Positions 34,628-43,476 of a stretch of DNA of 64,000 nt are shown one piece after another. The DNA lies in sequence record OZ346219.1. One strand, written 5' to 3'. Source of the DNA: a phage. Both the position numbers and the translations under genes were made by a program. The notes beneath the pieces were generated by a model. The model did no database searches. It had not been told where the DNA came from and saw only the letters and a list, made by a program, of their open reading frames with translations. The first letter of the stretch is position 1. Every line of letters begins with the position of its first letter.

Positions 34628-37564
34628 ATGGCAGATTTAAACAGAATCCAATTTAAACGTACTAGCACGAAAGGTCGTAAACCTGATGCTACTACAATGA
34701 CGCAAGGTGAACTTGCTATCAACCTGCATGATTATTATTTGTTTACAAAAAATGACTCTGGTTCTATTATTAACTTAAGCTGTCCTCCGATCTATGACCG
34801 CGATGTTATCATGGCTGGTAAAGTAAAGGGAGATTATTACATTTTAGGTAAAACCGCCAATTATCTTGAAGATCAGACAGCGAGAGACCTTAACCGTTTT
34901 GGGGCATTCCGTACCAACGGTCTAGATGGATTTTTAGATTTGACCTTGCATGTTCCTCATTCTGGTGGCGTTCAACATGGTCGAGGATTTACTTTCAATT
35001 ATGGACACACAGGACCGCGCGTAGAAACTTATGGATATAATGCACAGGGACAAAAAGCATTTAGTTATAAAATGTATCACGAAGGTGATAAACCAACTCC
35101 AGGAGAATTGAACGTCTATAGCAAACAAGAAGTAGATAGAATGTTTGTTAAGAACGTTAAACTTTCTACAGGTTCTGGTGATATCGTTGAAGGTTATTTT
35201 AAATTAGCGACTGCGATGATTCCACAAGACGGTCGTAGTGTATTTTTTCGTATTCATGGTGGTAACGGATATAACGTTACTGCATACGATCAAGTTGATA
35301 TTGTAGAAATTGTTATTCGCAGTGGAAATAATCGTCCTAAAGGTGTTAACGTTATTGCATACCGCCGAAATACAAACAAAGCATTTGATGTTTTGGCTGT
35401 TAATACTTCTGGTGATAACTATGATATCTACGTGAAATATCAGCGTTGCACTGATAACGTTATTGTTGAATTTGGTAAAAGTGTTGATGTTAATCTGGTA
35501 GTTCATGACGTTCCAGACTTTGTTGTTGATCGTCCTGTTGGCGATAATGTTATTGGCGGTCGCGCGGTAACTCTTTTCAACACCGAAAACAAACGAGGTG
35601 TGTTGAGTTTTGACGATAACACACAAAATAGTTATGATATTGTTCACTTGAGTAATGATAAGGGTACTGGACGAAAATATATTCGTAAATTCCGTAGTAA
35701 CTATAATGAAACGATCTGGCATGAGACGGTTCAAGGTAACGTATATCGTTTAGCTACTGGAACTACCGACGCAAACGAAGTTCTCAAAATTACCGACCGC
35801 ACGTTGCAAACTGGCAATGCTGTTTTTGATGGTGGTAATAATAATGTTCGTTTACATCGTAAAACCGGAAAAAGTAACTATCTGGAATATTATGATGCCC
35901 GTAACGGAGCAAATAAACGTCAGGGATATATTGGCTATGGTGATGCCACAACTAACCAGTTGTCAATTATTAACGAACTCTCCGAAGGTAATAACTCGAT
36001 TTTCTTTAACGAGACAGGTCAAATTTCACTTAACGTAGGAAAGACAAAAATTGTTCATAGCAACGGACAATATATTTCTACTAACGCCGATAACTATCGT
36101 ATAATTTATGGTAATTATGGAACATTCTGGCGAAATGATAGCGTTAAACTTTATCTCATGTCCACTGCCGAAAATGATAAATGGGGTACTTGGAATAGCT
36201 ATCGACCATTCATTTACAACCTAACCAACGGCGATGTTCAATTGGGTGGTGATGCCAATACAACCGTATTGACCTTAGAAGCAGCAAGCAAAATCTCAAG
36301 ATTTGGTGGTTCTGTTTATAGCGGTGGCGATTTTTATAATAAAGGCCAGTATATCATAATGGAAGCTGGGCGCGCTGGATCTCGCGATTATATTCGATTT
36401 AATCATTGGGGTGATAGTAATAATGCCCGTGATAACGTTTTGTACATAGAAGATAGTCAAGGCCGACATTTTAGCACAGAACGTGCGATGGGTACTGGTG
36501 CTCTTAAAGCATACTTCTTAGGCGATCTTGAAGTCGGTGGTAAGTTTACTTGGGGTAAAAATACAGCTACATCTAGCTTTAATATTCGTGCATGGGGTAA
36601 TGATTCCCGTAAACAAGTATTAGAATGCGCGGATGAAAGTGGGTGGCATTGGTACACACAACGAACGGGCGGTCCTGATACTTCTGCAATTGATTTTGCC
36701 ATCAATGGTACTGTTAGGCCTCAAGCAATTCACACTGGCGGTAATATCACGCTTAACGGTGCTGATATTGAATTTAAACGAAGCGGTAACAAGCATTTAT
36801 GGTTTAGAGATCCGAACGGCTTAGAGTTGGGTCTGTTGTACTGCGATGATGCTGGTGTTATGCGTATTCGTGGGGAGAAATCGACCGAAGTATGGAAATT
36901 CTCAGCAAAACAGATTCATCTGGAAACTGGTACTGCCGGAAATGGTGTAGGCTTGCTTCGTGGTGCTGTAGGTGGTGGCGCATGGACTCAATGGCGAGAT
37001 CGTGGCACTGGCTTGCAGGTTGATTGTCAGCAATCTGAAAACTCAGCGCATAACGTATGGAGAGCTACGCATCAAGGAAAATACCACATCGCGGCAATGG
37101 GTGTACACGTTCCTGGTGGTACTATCGGAAATGCTATGGTGCGTATTCACGTACACGATGCAACTTTTGACTTTAGCGCAACTGGTGATTTCCAAGCAGG
37201 TCGTAACGGTAATTTTAACGATGTGTACATTCGTTCTGATGCTCGCCTGAAAATCAATAAGGAAGAGTATAAAGAGAATGCTACCGATAAAGTTAATCGC
37301 TTGACGGTATACACCTATGACAAGGTTAAATCTTTAACTGACCGTACTGTCATTGCTCATGAAGTTGGTATTATTGCTCAGGATCTTGAGAAAGAATTGC
37401 CAGAAGCAGTAAAAACCTCGAAGATCGGCGACGGTGATACACCAGAAGAGATCTTAACAATTTCTAACTCTGCTGTCAACGCTCTTTTAATTAAGGCGTT
37501 TCAGGAAATGAGTGAAGAACTTAAAGCCGTTAAAGCTGAACTAGCGGAACTTAAAAAGAATTAA
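34628..37564 (+). CDS. 37: long tail fibre distal subunit with C-terminal intramolecular chaperone (peptidase S74-like) domain
   Basis: 978 aa; C-terminal SDARLKINKEEYKENATDKVNRLTVYTYDKVK...AHEVGIIAQDLEKELPEAV is characteristic of self-cleaving tail-fibre chaperone domains. Confidence 0.8.
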   Translation: MADLNRIQFKRTSTKGRKPDATTMTQGELAINLHDYYLFTKNDSGSIINLSCPPIYDRDVIMAGKVKGDYYILGKTANYLEDQTARDLNRFGAFRTNGLDGFLDLTLHVPHSGGVQHGRGFTFNYGHTGPRVETYGYNAQGQKAFSYKMYHEGDKPTPGELNVYSKQEVDRMFVKNVKLSTGSGDIVEGYFKLATAMIPQDGRSVFFRIHGGNGYNVTAYDQVDIVEIVIRSGNNRPKGVNVIAYRRNTNKAFDVLAVNTSGDNYDIYVKYQRCTDNVIVEFGKSVDVNLVVHDVPDFVVDRPVGDNVIGGRAVTLFNTENKRGVLSFDDNTQNSYDIVHLSNDKGTGRKYIRKFRSNYNETIWHETVQGNVYRLATGTTDANEVLKITDRTLQTGNAVFDGGNNNVRLHRKTGKSNYLEYYDARNGANKRQGYIGYGDATTNQLSIINELSEGNNSIFFNETGQISLNVGKTKIVHSNGQYISTNADNYRIIYGNYGTFWRNDSVKLYLMSTAENDKWGTWNSYRPFIYNLTNGDVQLGGDANTTVLTLEAASKISRFGGSVYSGGDFYNKGQYIIMEAGRAGSRDYIRFNHWGDSNNARDNVLYIEDSQGRHFSTERAMGTGALKAYFLGDLEVGGKFTWGKNTATSSFNIRAWGNDSRKQVLECADESGWHWYTQRTGGPDTSAIDFAINGTVRPQAIHTGGNITLNGADIEFKRSGNKHLWFRDPNGLELGLLYCDDAGVMRIRGEKSTEVWKFSAKQIHLETGTAGNGVGLLRGAVGGGAWTQWRDRGTGLQVDCQQSENSAHNVWRATHQGKYHIAAMGVHVPGGTIGNAMVRIHVHDATFDFSATGDFQAGRNGNFNDVYIRSDARLKINKEEYKENATDKVNRLTVYTYDKVKSLTDRTVIAHEVGIIAQDLEKELPEAVKTSKIGDGDTPEEILTISNSAVNALLIKAFQEMSEELKAVKAELAELKKN

Positions 37565-37598
37565 GGAAACTCCCAGGGAAGGGAACTACTAAGGAGAA

Positions 37599-37844
37599 AT
37601 GGCTATGGTCTATAATATCGTCATTGGTGCTTTATCTAATTTCGGAATGAAATTATTGTCAAAGTTAATTAGTGAAAAGATGCTCACTAAAATTTTCTTC
37701 TATTGCGCTCGTCGTCTTGCGGCTTATACCAATACACCAATTGACGATCGTTTTGTGGAAGAACTTTATAAGGAGTTTAATAAAGACCAGTCAGAAGATA
37801 GTAACGAGCAAGATAAACCTAGTGATAGTCAACTACCTAAATAA
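37599..37844 (+). CDS. hypothetical small protein (81 aa) in the position of gene 38
   Basis: ORF between gene 37 and t; hydrophobic N-terminus, acidic C-terminus. Confidence 0.35.
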   Translation: MAMVYNIVIGALSNFGMKLLSKLISEKMLTKIFFYCARRLAAYTNTPIDDRFVEELYKEFNKDQSEDSNEQDKPSDSQLPK

Positions 37845-37877
37845 GAGTACACTGTCATAGTTATCTTAGGGCATTAT

Positions 37878-38534
37878 ATGCAAGTTTCTGAAAAAGGGAA
37901 AGACTTTGCTATCTCAAATGTCCTGCGCGCTATTTTCACAACTAAAAGCACGGAGTTGCTCGTACTTCGTGTTTTTGCTGCCGTCGTGTTGTCCATATTG
38001 GCATTTGTCGTTTATAGTAAAAACGAGTTATTTGCGCTTTATAAAGAGACTCGTTATGAGACTTATGCTCACATTCTCCAGGTAGAGAAAGACCGCAATT
38101 TTGATAATGCAGCACAGGAGCAGTTACAGATAGTTCATGTGTCGGCTGATGCCGATTTTTCTGCTGTTTTTAGTTTTCGTCCGAAAAACCTAAACTATTT
38201 TGTTGATTTGGTGGCATATGAAGGAAAGCTACCACACACAATCGATGAAAAAAATTTAGGCGGATTCCCTATCAATAAAACGAGTGAAGAATATCGTAGG
38301 CATCTTTTAGGTAAATCATATTTTACCGATAAAGATTTCCAGTATATTCCATCAAGAGAAAAGAAATTAGAGAATATCGATATAGGTTTCATGTATTCTT
38401 GTCCTATATTCAATCTCGATAATGTCTATTCTGGTAGTATCGCCATTTCATGGAAGAATAAACCGGATATTGACATTGAGAATTTAGATACTCTTTGCAA
38501 TCAATCTGCCAGAATCCTCGGAAGGATTAGATAA
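37878..38534 (+). CDS. t: holin
   Basis: 218 aa; FSFRPKNLNYFVDLVAYEGKLP and MYSCPIFNLDNVYSG match T4 holin T. Confidence 0.9.
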   Translation: MQVSEKGKDFAISNVLRAIFTTKSTELLVLRVFAAVVLSILAFVVYSKNELFALYKETRYETYAHILQVEKDRNFDNAAQEQLQIVHVSADADFSAVFSFRPKNLNYFVDLVAYEGKLPHTIDEKNLGGFPINKTSEEYRRHLLGKSYFTDKDFQYIPSREKKLENIDIGFMYSCPIFNLDNVYSGSIAISWKNKPDIDIENLDTLCNQSARILGRIR

Positions 38535-38540
38535 CTTAAA

Positions 38541-38570
38541 GGGGAAGCCTTTCGGCCTCCCCTTCTTTTT
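38541..38570 (+). terminator. intrinsic terminator after holin t (possibly bidirectional)
   Basis: GGGGAAGCC-tttc-GGCCTCCCC followed by TTCTTTTT; the convergent minus-strand gene ends at 38569. Confidence 0.6.
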
Positions 38571-38817
38571 ATTGGCGCATAGACGCGCCTGAATCGCATT
38601 TTGACGCTGTATGATGAAAACAGGTAGCGTACCAGTCATCGGCTTGTTTGTCTTCGTCAGAAAACGCGTAATTGCGTTGTATGCCGTTTTCTACTTTGAC
38701 CAGTGCAATAGCTGTTTCTGGAAGATCAATCAATCGAACAAAATCACCATCTTCCCACTCTACACGAGCAATATCATAGCCCATCTCAAAGTATACAATC
38801 GCTTGTTCTAATTTCAT
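38569..38817 (-). CDS. hypothetical protein (82 aa), possible DUF2829-like fold
   Basis: N-terminus MKLEQAIVYFEMGYDIARVEWEDG loosely follows the EAL..lK.G..v.R..W pattern; weak. Confidence 0.35.
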   Translation of the reverse strand: MKLEQAIVYFEMGYDIARVEWEDGDFVRLIDLPETAIALVKVENGIQRNYAFSDEDKQADDWYATCFHHTASKCDSGASMRQ

Positions 38818-39143
38818 TCTGGAAACTTCCCGTAAACATTCTCTGCCAGCTTACGTGCATCTTTTACAATATCTTTCATGTAATGACTATAATTTTTAGC
38901 TAGATCAATTATGCAATCAACAAAGAAGTAATAGCGTCGCAGTGCTACCAGCTCAACATCTTCAAGATGACCATTTTCTCCAATCGCTGAAATATGTTTA
39001 AATTCCTTTCGGATCGCGTCCATCGCTACATTAACTTCTTTTATAATATCTTTCGTATTATATGCACCTCGACTAATCAAAATTTTGGTTAGGTCTTCTG
39101 CTTTTTCGTGAAAGTTGTCAATTTCAAACTCGATCATAATCAC
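38814..39143 (-). CDS. hypothetical protein (109 aa), tandem paralog
   Basis: Shares C-terminal ...AENVYGKF with 39252-39584 (...TENIFGKF). Confidence 0.45.
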   Translation of the reverse strand: MIMIEFEIDNFHEKAEDLTKILISRGAYNTKDIIKEVNVAMDAIRKEFKHISAIGENGHLEDVELVALRRYYFFVDCIIDLAKNYSHYMKDIVKDARKLAENVYGKFPE

Positions 39144-39251
39144 CTCTCATAATTTCACGCTGTTGTTTCAACATTTTTTCGTGGTTTGCTAATTCTATAC
39201 CTTGTAATAGCATAACCAGTGCAATTTTCAATGATTCATCATCTTTCATAA

Positions 39252-39584
39252 TCAAAATTTACCGAAAATATTCTCTGTCATAATTCTTGCTTCGTCGATT
39301 ATTTTCGTCATGTTCATGGTGTAGTTATGATCATTTAGTGCCTTAATGACAACGAGCAAGGAATCTAAAAACACTCGATACCGGGTATATTCTACGCTAT
39401 TTGTGAATACCGATGTTTTCTCTACTTTATCGATCAGATAGCCTAAAGCCGATAGCGCCTCGTTTACTTCCCTTGTTACTTTATCGGCGCTAAACAACAC
39501 CGGATAAAGACGCGGTGTGATTAACCGCGCTGCCTCTTTCAATTCGGTCGCTTTCCATGATTCATATTTGTCATAGTTAAACAT
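39252..39584 (-). CDS. hypothetical protein (110 aa), tandem paralog
   Basis: Paralog of 38814-39143. Confidence 0.45.
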   Translation of the reverse strand: MFNYDKYESWKATELKEAARLITPRLYPVLFSADKVTREVNEALSALGYLIDKVEKTSVFTNSVEYTRYRVFLDSLLVVIKALNDHNYTMNMTKIIDEARIMTENIFGKF

Positions 39585-39596
39585 TGTATAATCTCC

Positions 39597-39929
39597 TTAC
39601 AGATGAAAACCTGTTACGATCACCGCATCGATCATACCGCTAGGAATAAACGGTTCGCCCTCTTTTATTTCAACTTTGAATTGATGCCATTTCGCTAATA
39701 CTTCTTCCGGTACACCCAGCGATTCGGCGTCTGCTTTAGTTTCATCCATAATCCAACTAGGCTGCATGAGAGCATAGTTTACATAGTCCATTTCTGGGGT
39801 CATGTCATCAATGTTAATATATTTGCAGTTGACGCGTTTCAGAATTTCAAATTCTTTATTGTCAACCTGTACCATGTATAATTCAGTAGTTTCTGGAATC
39901 AGTTCCCACACAATCAGTACATTTTTCAT
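39597..39929 (-). CDS. hypothetical protein (110 aa)
   Basis: ORF in minus-strand array. Confidence 0.4.
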   Translation of the reverse strand: MKNVLIVWELIPETTELYMVQVDNKEFEILKRVNCKYINIDDMTPEMDYVNYALMQPSWIMDETKADAESLGVPEEVLAKWHQFKVEIKEGEPFIPSGMIDAVIVTGFHL

Positions 39930-39937
39930 AGTTCACC

Positions 39938-40306
39938 TCACTTAACAAAGATTTTCTTTAATGCTTTCAGGATCGTTGCTTCCGGCGCTTCTTCCGGTGG
40001 AGGAAGCAATTCTACCACTTCCTCTTCCAACTCGATATAGTCTACCAGATATTCTACATAGAATGCAAGTGCTTCCATGAAATTAGATGCTACATCCGAT
40101 TCACCACACGCGCCCACATGCATTGTATAAACATCACTGCGATCAAGTTTGTGGATACTGCCTAGATAGTTTCGGTTATACCAGACTTCCCACACTTTCA
40201 ACTTTCCGGTTTTGGTTGCTGTTTTATAATCGGTTTCGTAATGATGCAATTGACGTTGCAAATCATTGATAATAACACATTTTTCGTAATTGCTTTGAAT
40301 TTCCAT
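39938..40306 (-). CDS. hypothetical protein (122 aa)
   Basis: ORF in minus-strand array. Confidence 0.4.
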   Translation of the reverse strand: MEIQSNYEKCVIINDLQRQLHHYETDYKTATKTGKLKVWEVWYNRNYLGSIHKLDRSDVYTMHVGACGESDVASNFMEALAFYVEYLVDYIELEEEVVELLPPPEEAPEATILKALKKIFVK

Positions 40307-40316
40307 GATGTAATCC

Positions 40317-40508
40317 TCACTTATCGTTAAGAAGTTCTAAAACTTTCTGTCGTACTTTGTCGATATTAGTTGATTCAAAAACTGTACGGTATCCCCAGCT
40401 TTGACCGTATGAGCGGTTGCAATCTCCATATCCCCATTGTTCAACCTGATAATATTCAAGGAATGGGTGCTGCCGAACTATGATACCATCTCTATTAAAA
40501 ATTACCAT
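40317..40508 (-). CDS. hypothetical protein (63 aa)
   Basis: ORF in minus-strand array. Confidence 0.3.
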   Translation of the reverse strand: MVIFNRDGIIVRQHPFLEYYQVEQWGYGDCNRSYGQSWGYRTVFESTNIDKVRQKVLELLNDK

Positions 40509-40530
40509 AATATGATCCTCAAGTCAAAAC

Positions 40531-40812
40531 TTATCTTCGGTTGTACTTCTGCCACTTTCGGTAATACTGCTTGTAAACCTGTCTTGCGTTTTCACCATCT
40601 TTACTATACATGTTATCTACCATCAAGTCAATAAGACCTTCCGGTGTCTGGTAGTTCCCCGCTCGGATAAGTTCTTTAATTAAAGTGTCCTGATGATCTT
40701 TGTATACCACGTTAATGATGGTCTTTTCTGCTTTCTTCGTCCCGATCATCCGGTGGTTAGCTTTCATCGCATCCCACCAATCTTTTGTGATCTTCATGTT
40801 ATTGAATTGCAT
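40531..40812 (-). CDS. hypothetical protein (93 aa)
   Basis: ORF in minus-strand array. Confidence 0.4.
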   Translation of the reverse strand: MQFNNMKITKDWWDAMKANHRMIGTKKAEKTIINVVYKDHQDTLIKELIRAGNYQTPEGLIDLMVDNMYSKDGENARQVYKQYYRKWQKYNRR

Positions 40813-40823
40813 AATTTAACCTC

Positions 40824-41582
40824 TTACTTGCAAACGTATTGATCTACATCAATTGCGCCACCGAATGTAGGATGACGTTTTTCAAATCGAATAGTTCCGT
40901 CGTTTGGTTCGAAAACGGAGTATTCATATAGATCTTTCTTACCAACATTCTTATAAAACCCGCCTTTAGTCATAACGGTTTCTTGTACGTTTGCTTTGTG
41001 TACGTTGTATTCATCAATGTATACAAAATCAACCATCTTCCCATTTTTAATGGTTACTTTAAGATCTCCTGGTTGATTTCCATATTTGGCATACAGTGGC
41101 GCTTCTTTAATTTTTGTGGAAATTCCATCTTTCATACTCCACTCATAACGAACGGTGCATTGATAGGTAAAAGTTTCGACCTTCGGTTCTTCTACCACTT
41201 TTGCTTCCTGTTTCGGTTGTTCTTCTTCAACCTTCGCAGAAGTCTCTGAATCGCTTTCTGACGCGGTTTCTTCTTTAGGTAATACATTCATCAAGTTTTG
41301 GATTTGAGCGTTGTATACAGCCTCCAGTGGCTGAATCTGCCCGATATTGATCATTGTGTCACGAACAGTTTTATTCCAGTTTCGTTGCTCTTGTTTCAGA
41401 GACGGATCAATCTTAACAGCCTTAACATACACCTCATGAAGTTTAGAGTCCAGTGCGGAGATAGACTCATTAGCACAAATAAACTTCTCTGATTTGGTAG
41501 TAGCTTTAGCGCAATCAAAGGACGCAGCGTTAGCACCGAAAGCAGTAGCAGAAAGAACGATAGCAGCGATAATGTTTTTCAT
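40824..41582 (-). CDS. secreted protein with LprI/DUF1311-like N-terminal domain
   Basis: Signal peptide MKNIIAAIVLSATAFGANA; then CAKATTKSEKFICANESISALDSKLHEVY...QRNWNKTVR; E/K-rich linker; C-terminal domain ends in Cys. Confidence 0.5.
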   Translation of the reverse strand: MKNIIAAIVLSATAFGANAASFDCAKATTKSEKFICANESISALDSKLHEVYVKAVKIDPSLKQEQRNWNKTVRDTMINIGQIQPLEAVYNAQIQNLMNVLPKEETASESDSETSAKVEEEQPKQEAKVVEEPKVETFTYQCTVRYEWSMKDGISTKIKEAPLYAKYGNQPGDLKVTIKNGKMVDFVYIDEYNVHKANVQETVMTKGGFYKNVGKKDLYEYSVFEPNDGTIRFEKRHPTFGGAIDVDQYVCK

Positions 41583-41616
41583 AATATATTCCTCAGTGTT
41601 TTGTCTTGATGGGAGT

Positions 41617-41645
41617 ATCTTACTACTCCCTTAATCCGGTGTCAA
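41617..41645 (-). promoter_or_regulatory. early-type promoter cassette with palindrome across the -10
   Basis: TTGACA, 17 bp, TAAGAT; GGGAGTAgtaagaTACTCCC, identical core to 4460 and 14067. Confidence 0.55.
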
Positions 41646-41652
41646 CTACTTT

Positions 41653-41808
41653 TTAAATTTCTTCTACAGTAAAGTCTTCAATGTTGTTGTGCTCGGAGAA
41701 CGTTGCCAGACCAGCATTCCATGCATCATCCTCAGAGAAGAATACACCGTAACGTTCATATCCTTTAGCGCCTTCAAATTTAACCATTAATTTGTGAGTA
41801 TGTTTCAT
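41653..41808 (-). CDS. small hypothetical protein (about 51 aa)
   Basis: Start trimmed to Met30 downstream of promoter cassette 41840-41868. Confidence 0.3.
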   Translation of the reverse strand: MKHTHKLMVKFEGAKGYERYGVFFSEDDAWNAGLATFSEHNNIEDFTVEEI

Positions 41809-41839
41809 TTTGATTCTCCTTCGTTGTCTTGATGAGTTT

Positions 41840-41868
41840 AGTATAGGGGATCGCCGATCCCCTGTCAA
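41840..41868 (-). promoter_or_regulatory. early-type promoter cassette with spacer palindrome
   Basis: TTGACA, spacer GGGGATCGGCGATCCCC, TATACT. Confidence 0.55.
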
Positions 41869-41882
41869 CCAGTTTTTAGAAA

Positions 41883-42143
41883 TTATTTTCGCCATTCACC
41901 TGAAACAATGAAGTTTGTAAAGTGATTGTGGTCCGTGATAATGTCATTAAGTACCATATGCGGATATGCTTTAGTGTAATCACGTTTACGATCAGTCATC
42001 CAACCAACGAAAGTCGGTGCAAAGTACGGCACACCGTCAGACGATGCCATATTAAACCCTTTGTCAGCCATAAATGCAGCCGCCCTAAGATTTTTAATTG
42101 AAGTAGTGCGACTAATTTCAAAAACTTTATCGGTAAAATTCAT
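41883..42143 (-). CDS. hypothetical protein (about 86 aa)
   Basis: Start trimmed to Met8. Confidence 0.35.
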   Translation of the reverse strand: MNFTDKVFEISRTTSIKNLRAAAFMADKGFNMASSDGVPYFAPTFVGWMTDRKRDYTKAYPHMVLNDIITDHNHFTNFIVSGEWRK

Positions 42144-42144
42144 T

Positions 42145-42354
42145 TTAAGCCCCCGCTCGTGCATTAATACGCATTTTCTGCATAGCCATGATCTGGCTTA
42201 CTGCTTCTTCTTTACGTTCTTGCGTGATAACGTGACCAGATTCCGCAAACTCTCCCGCAACTTCTTCTACAATCTCGCGAACTTGAGAACGTCCAAAGAT
42301 GCGGTTTCCTTCGTAGCTCATAAATTCAGTCACTACTTGCTCAATAGATTTCAT
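42145..42354 (-). CDS. hypothetical protein (69 aa)
   Basis: ORF behind promoter cassette 42387-42415. Confidence 0.35.
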   Translation of the reverse strand: MKSIEQVVTEFMSYEGNRIFGRSQVREIVEEVAGEFAESGHVITQERKEEAVSQIMAMQKMRINARAGA

Positions 42355-42386
42355 GTGATTCCCCTTCTTTCGTTTGGTATGGGAGT

Positions 42387-42415
42387 ATATTACTACTCCC
42401 GTTTCTTTACGTCAA
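42387..42415 (-). promoter_or_regulatory. early-type promoter cassette with palindrome across the -10
   Basis: TTGACG, 17 bp, TAATAT; GGGAGTAgtaataTACTCCC. Confidence 0.55.
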
Positions 42416-42422
42416 CTCGTTT

Positions 42423-42665
42423 TTAGAAATTTTTCGCTTCTTCTTCGGTCATCATAACCGCGCATTCGTGCATAACTTTGAAAACCGGATCAATCATGTC
42501 GAATGCTTCGCGGGACAGTTTACGAGAAGCGATTTTGATTGCTTCTACGTCTTCTACTACAGGAACAAAAACAGTTTTCAGTTCGTCGAGGACGGCAGCT
42601 TCTTTTTCATTCAGGAAGATCCCAGCGTCGTACAGTGCAACTTCGATAACATTAACTTTAACCAT
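42423..42665 (-). CDS. hypothetical protein (about 80 aa)
   Basis: Start trimmed to Met22 downstream of promoter cassette 42700-42728. Confidence 0.35.
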   Translation of the reverse strand: MVKVNVIEVALYDAGIFLNEKEAAVLDELKTVFVPVVEDVEAIKIASRKLSREAFDMIDPVFKVMHECAVMMTEEEAKNF

Positions 42666-42699
42666 TTTTATTTCCTCCAGTTCGTTTCGGTATGGGAGT

Positions 42700-42728
42700 A
42701 TAATACTACCGATGACCTTTGGCGTCAA
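42700..42728 (-). promoter_or_regulatory. early-type promoter cassette
   Basis: TTGACG, 17 bp, TATTAT. Confidence 0.45.
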
Positions 42729-42930
42729 CTAGTTTTTTGTTATTTTCGTGAAATTTTTTCGTCGCCTCATGTGCTTTTCGCTGGGCTTCTTGTTGTGCTT
42801 GCTGGCGTGCTGCCTCTTGCGATGCCATAACAGACGCATTTGCAGCAGTTACAGCCGCGACCATCGCTGCGGTATTAGCATTTACCGTACATGCACTAGC
42901 CAGCAAAGCAATCGCAATCATTTTCTTCAT
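42706..42930 (-). CDS. small secreted protein (74 aa)
   Basis: N-terminal signal peptide MKKMIAIALLASACTVNA; Q/A-rich helical remainder. Confidence 0.4.
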   Translation of the reverse strand: MKKMIAIALLASACTVNANTAAMVAAVTAANASVMASQEAARQQAQQEAQRKAHEATKKFHENNKKLVDAKGHR

Positions 42931-43097
42931 AGTTTCCCCTTTAGGTTATCTTCGACCTTCACCCATTCCGCGTATTCTTGCGCGGCTACTTTCGGATTTA
43001 GGCCATCTTCGTACATTGCATCAAGTAATTCTTTGTCGGTTGGCTTATACCCTAGATAAGCCTCCACCTGATTTTTCCAAATTTTATACCAGTTCAT
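42927..43097 (-). CDS. small hypothetical protein (about 56 aa)
   Basis: Start trimmed to Met24 to remove overlap with upstream ORF. Confidence 0.3.
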   Translation of the reverse strand: MNWYKIWKNQVEAYLGYKPTDKELLDAMYEDGLNPKVAAQEYAEWVKVEDNLKGKL

Positions 43098-43101
43098 ATT
43101 A

Positions 43102-43374
43102 TCACCAATCAAGAGCGCGTGTCCCTGCGTCTTCCCATGCTTGATCCATAACAGCCTTGAAAACATATTCTAGAGTATCATCTTTAGAGAATCCGAAGAC
43201 TTTAGACGGAATATCTTCGATTGCTACTCCCGCAACTTCTGCATTACGCGCTTGGCAATAATGCAACTCTAAGTTATCGAGATAGCGACCGCCTAATTTC
43301 TCCATATCATCCCAGCATTTCCAGTAACCTACTTTATCTGCAATTGCCAACACTTTGCTGTTTTCGTTGTTCAT
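43102..43374 (-). CDS. hypothetical protein (about 90 aa)
   Basis: Start trimmed to Met22 downstream of promoter cassette 43406-43434. Confidence 0.35.
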   Translation of the reverse strand: MNNENSKVLAIADKVGYWKCWDDMEKLGGRYLDNLELHYCQARNAEVAGVAIEDIPSKVFGFSKDDTLEYVFKAVMDQAWEDAGTRALDW

Positions 43375-43405
43375 CTTTGATTCTCCTTTTGTTTGGTATG
43401 GGTGT

Positions 43406-43434
43406 ATTATGCAATGTTGGATTCTGTAAGTCAA
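43406..43434 (-). promoter_or_regulatory. early-type promoter cassette
   Basis: TTGACT, 17 bp, CATAAT; directly downstream of terminator 43450-43476. Confidence 0.5.
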
Positions 43435-43449
43435 CAACTTTTTAAAATA

Positions 43450-43476
43450 AAAAAGCCGACCACACGGATCGGCTTA
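43450..43476 (-). terminator. intrinsic terminator after ORF 43485-43880
   Basis: Minus-strand hairpin AGCCGATCCGTGTGGTCGGCT followed by TTTTTTATTTT; same hairpin as the plus-strand terminator at 32875. Confidence 0.55.
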
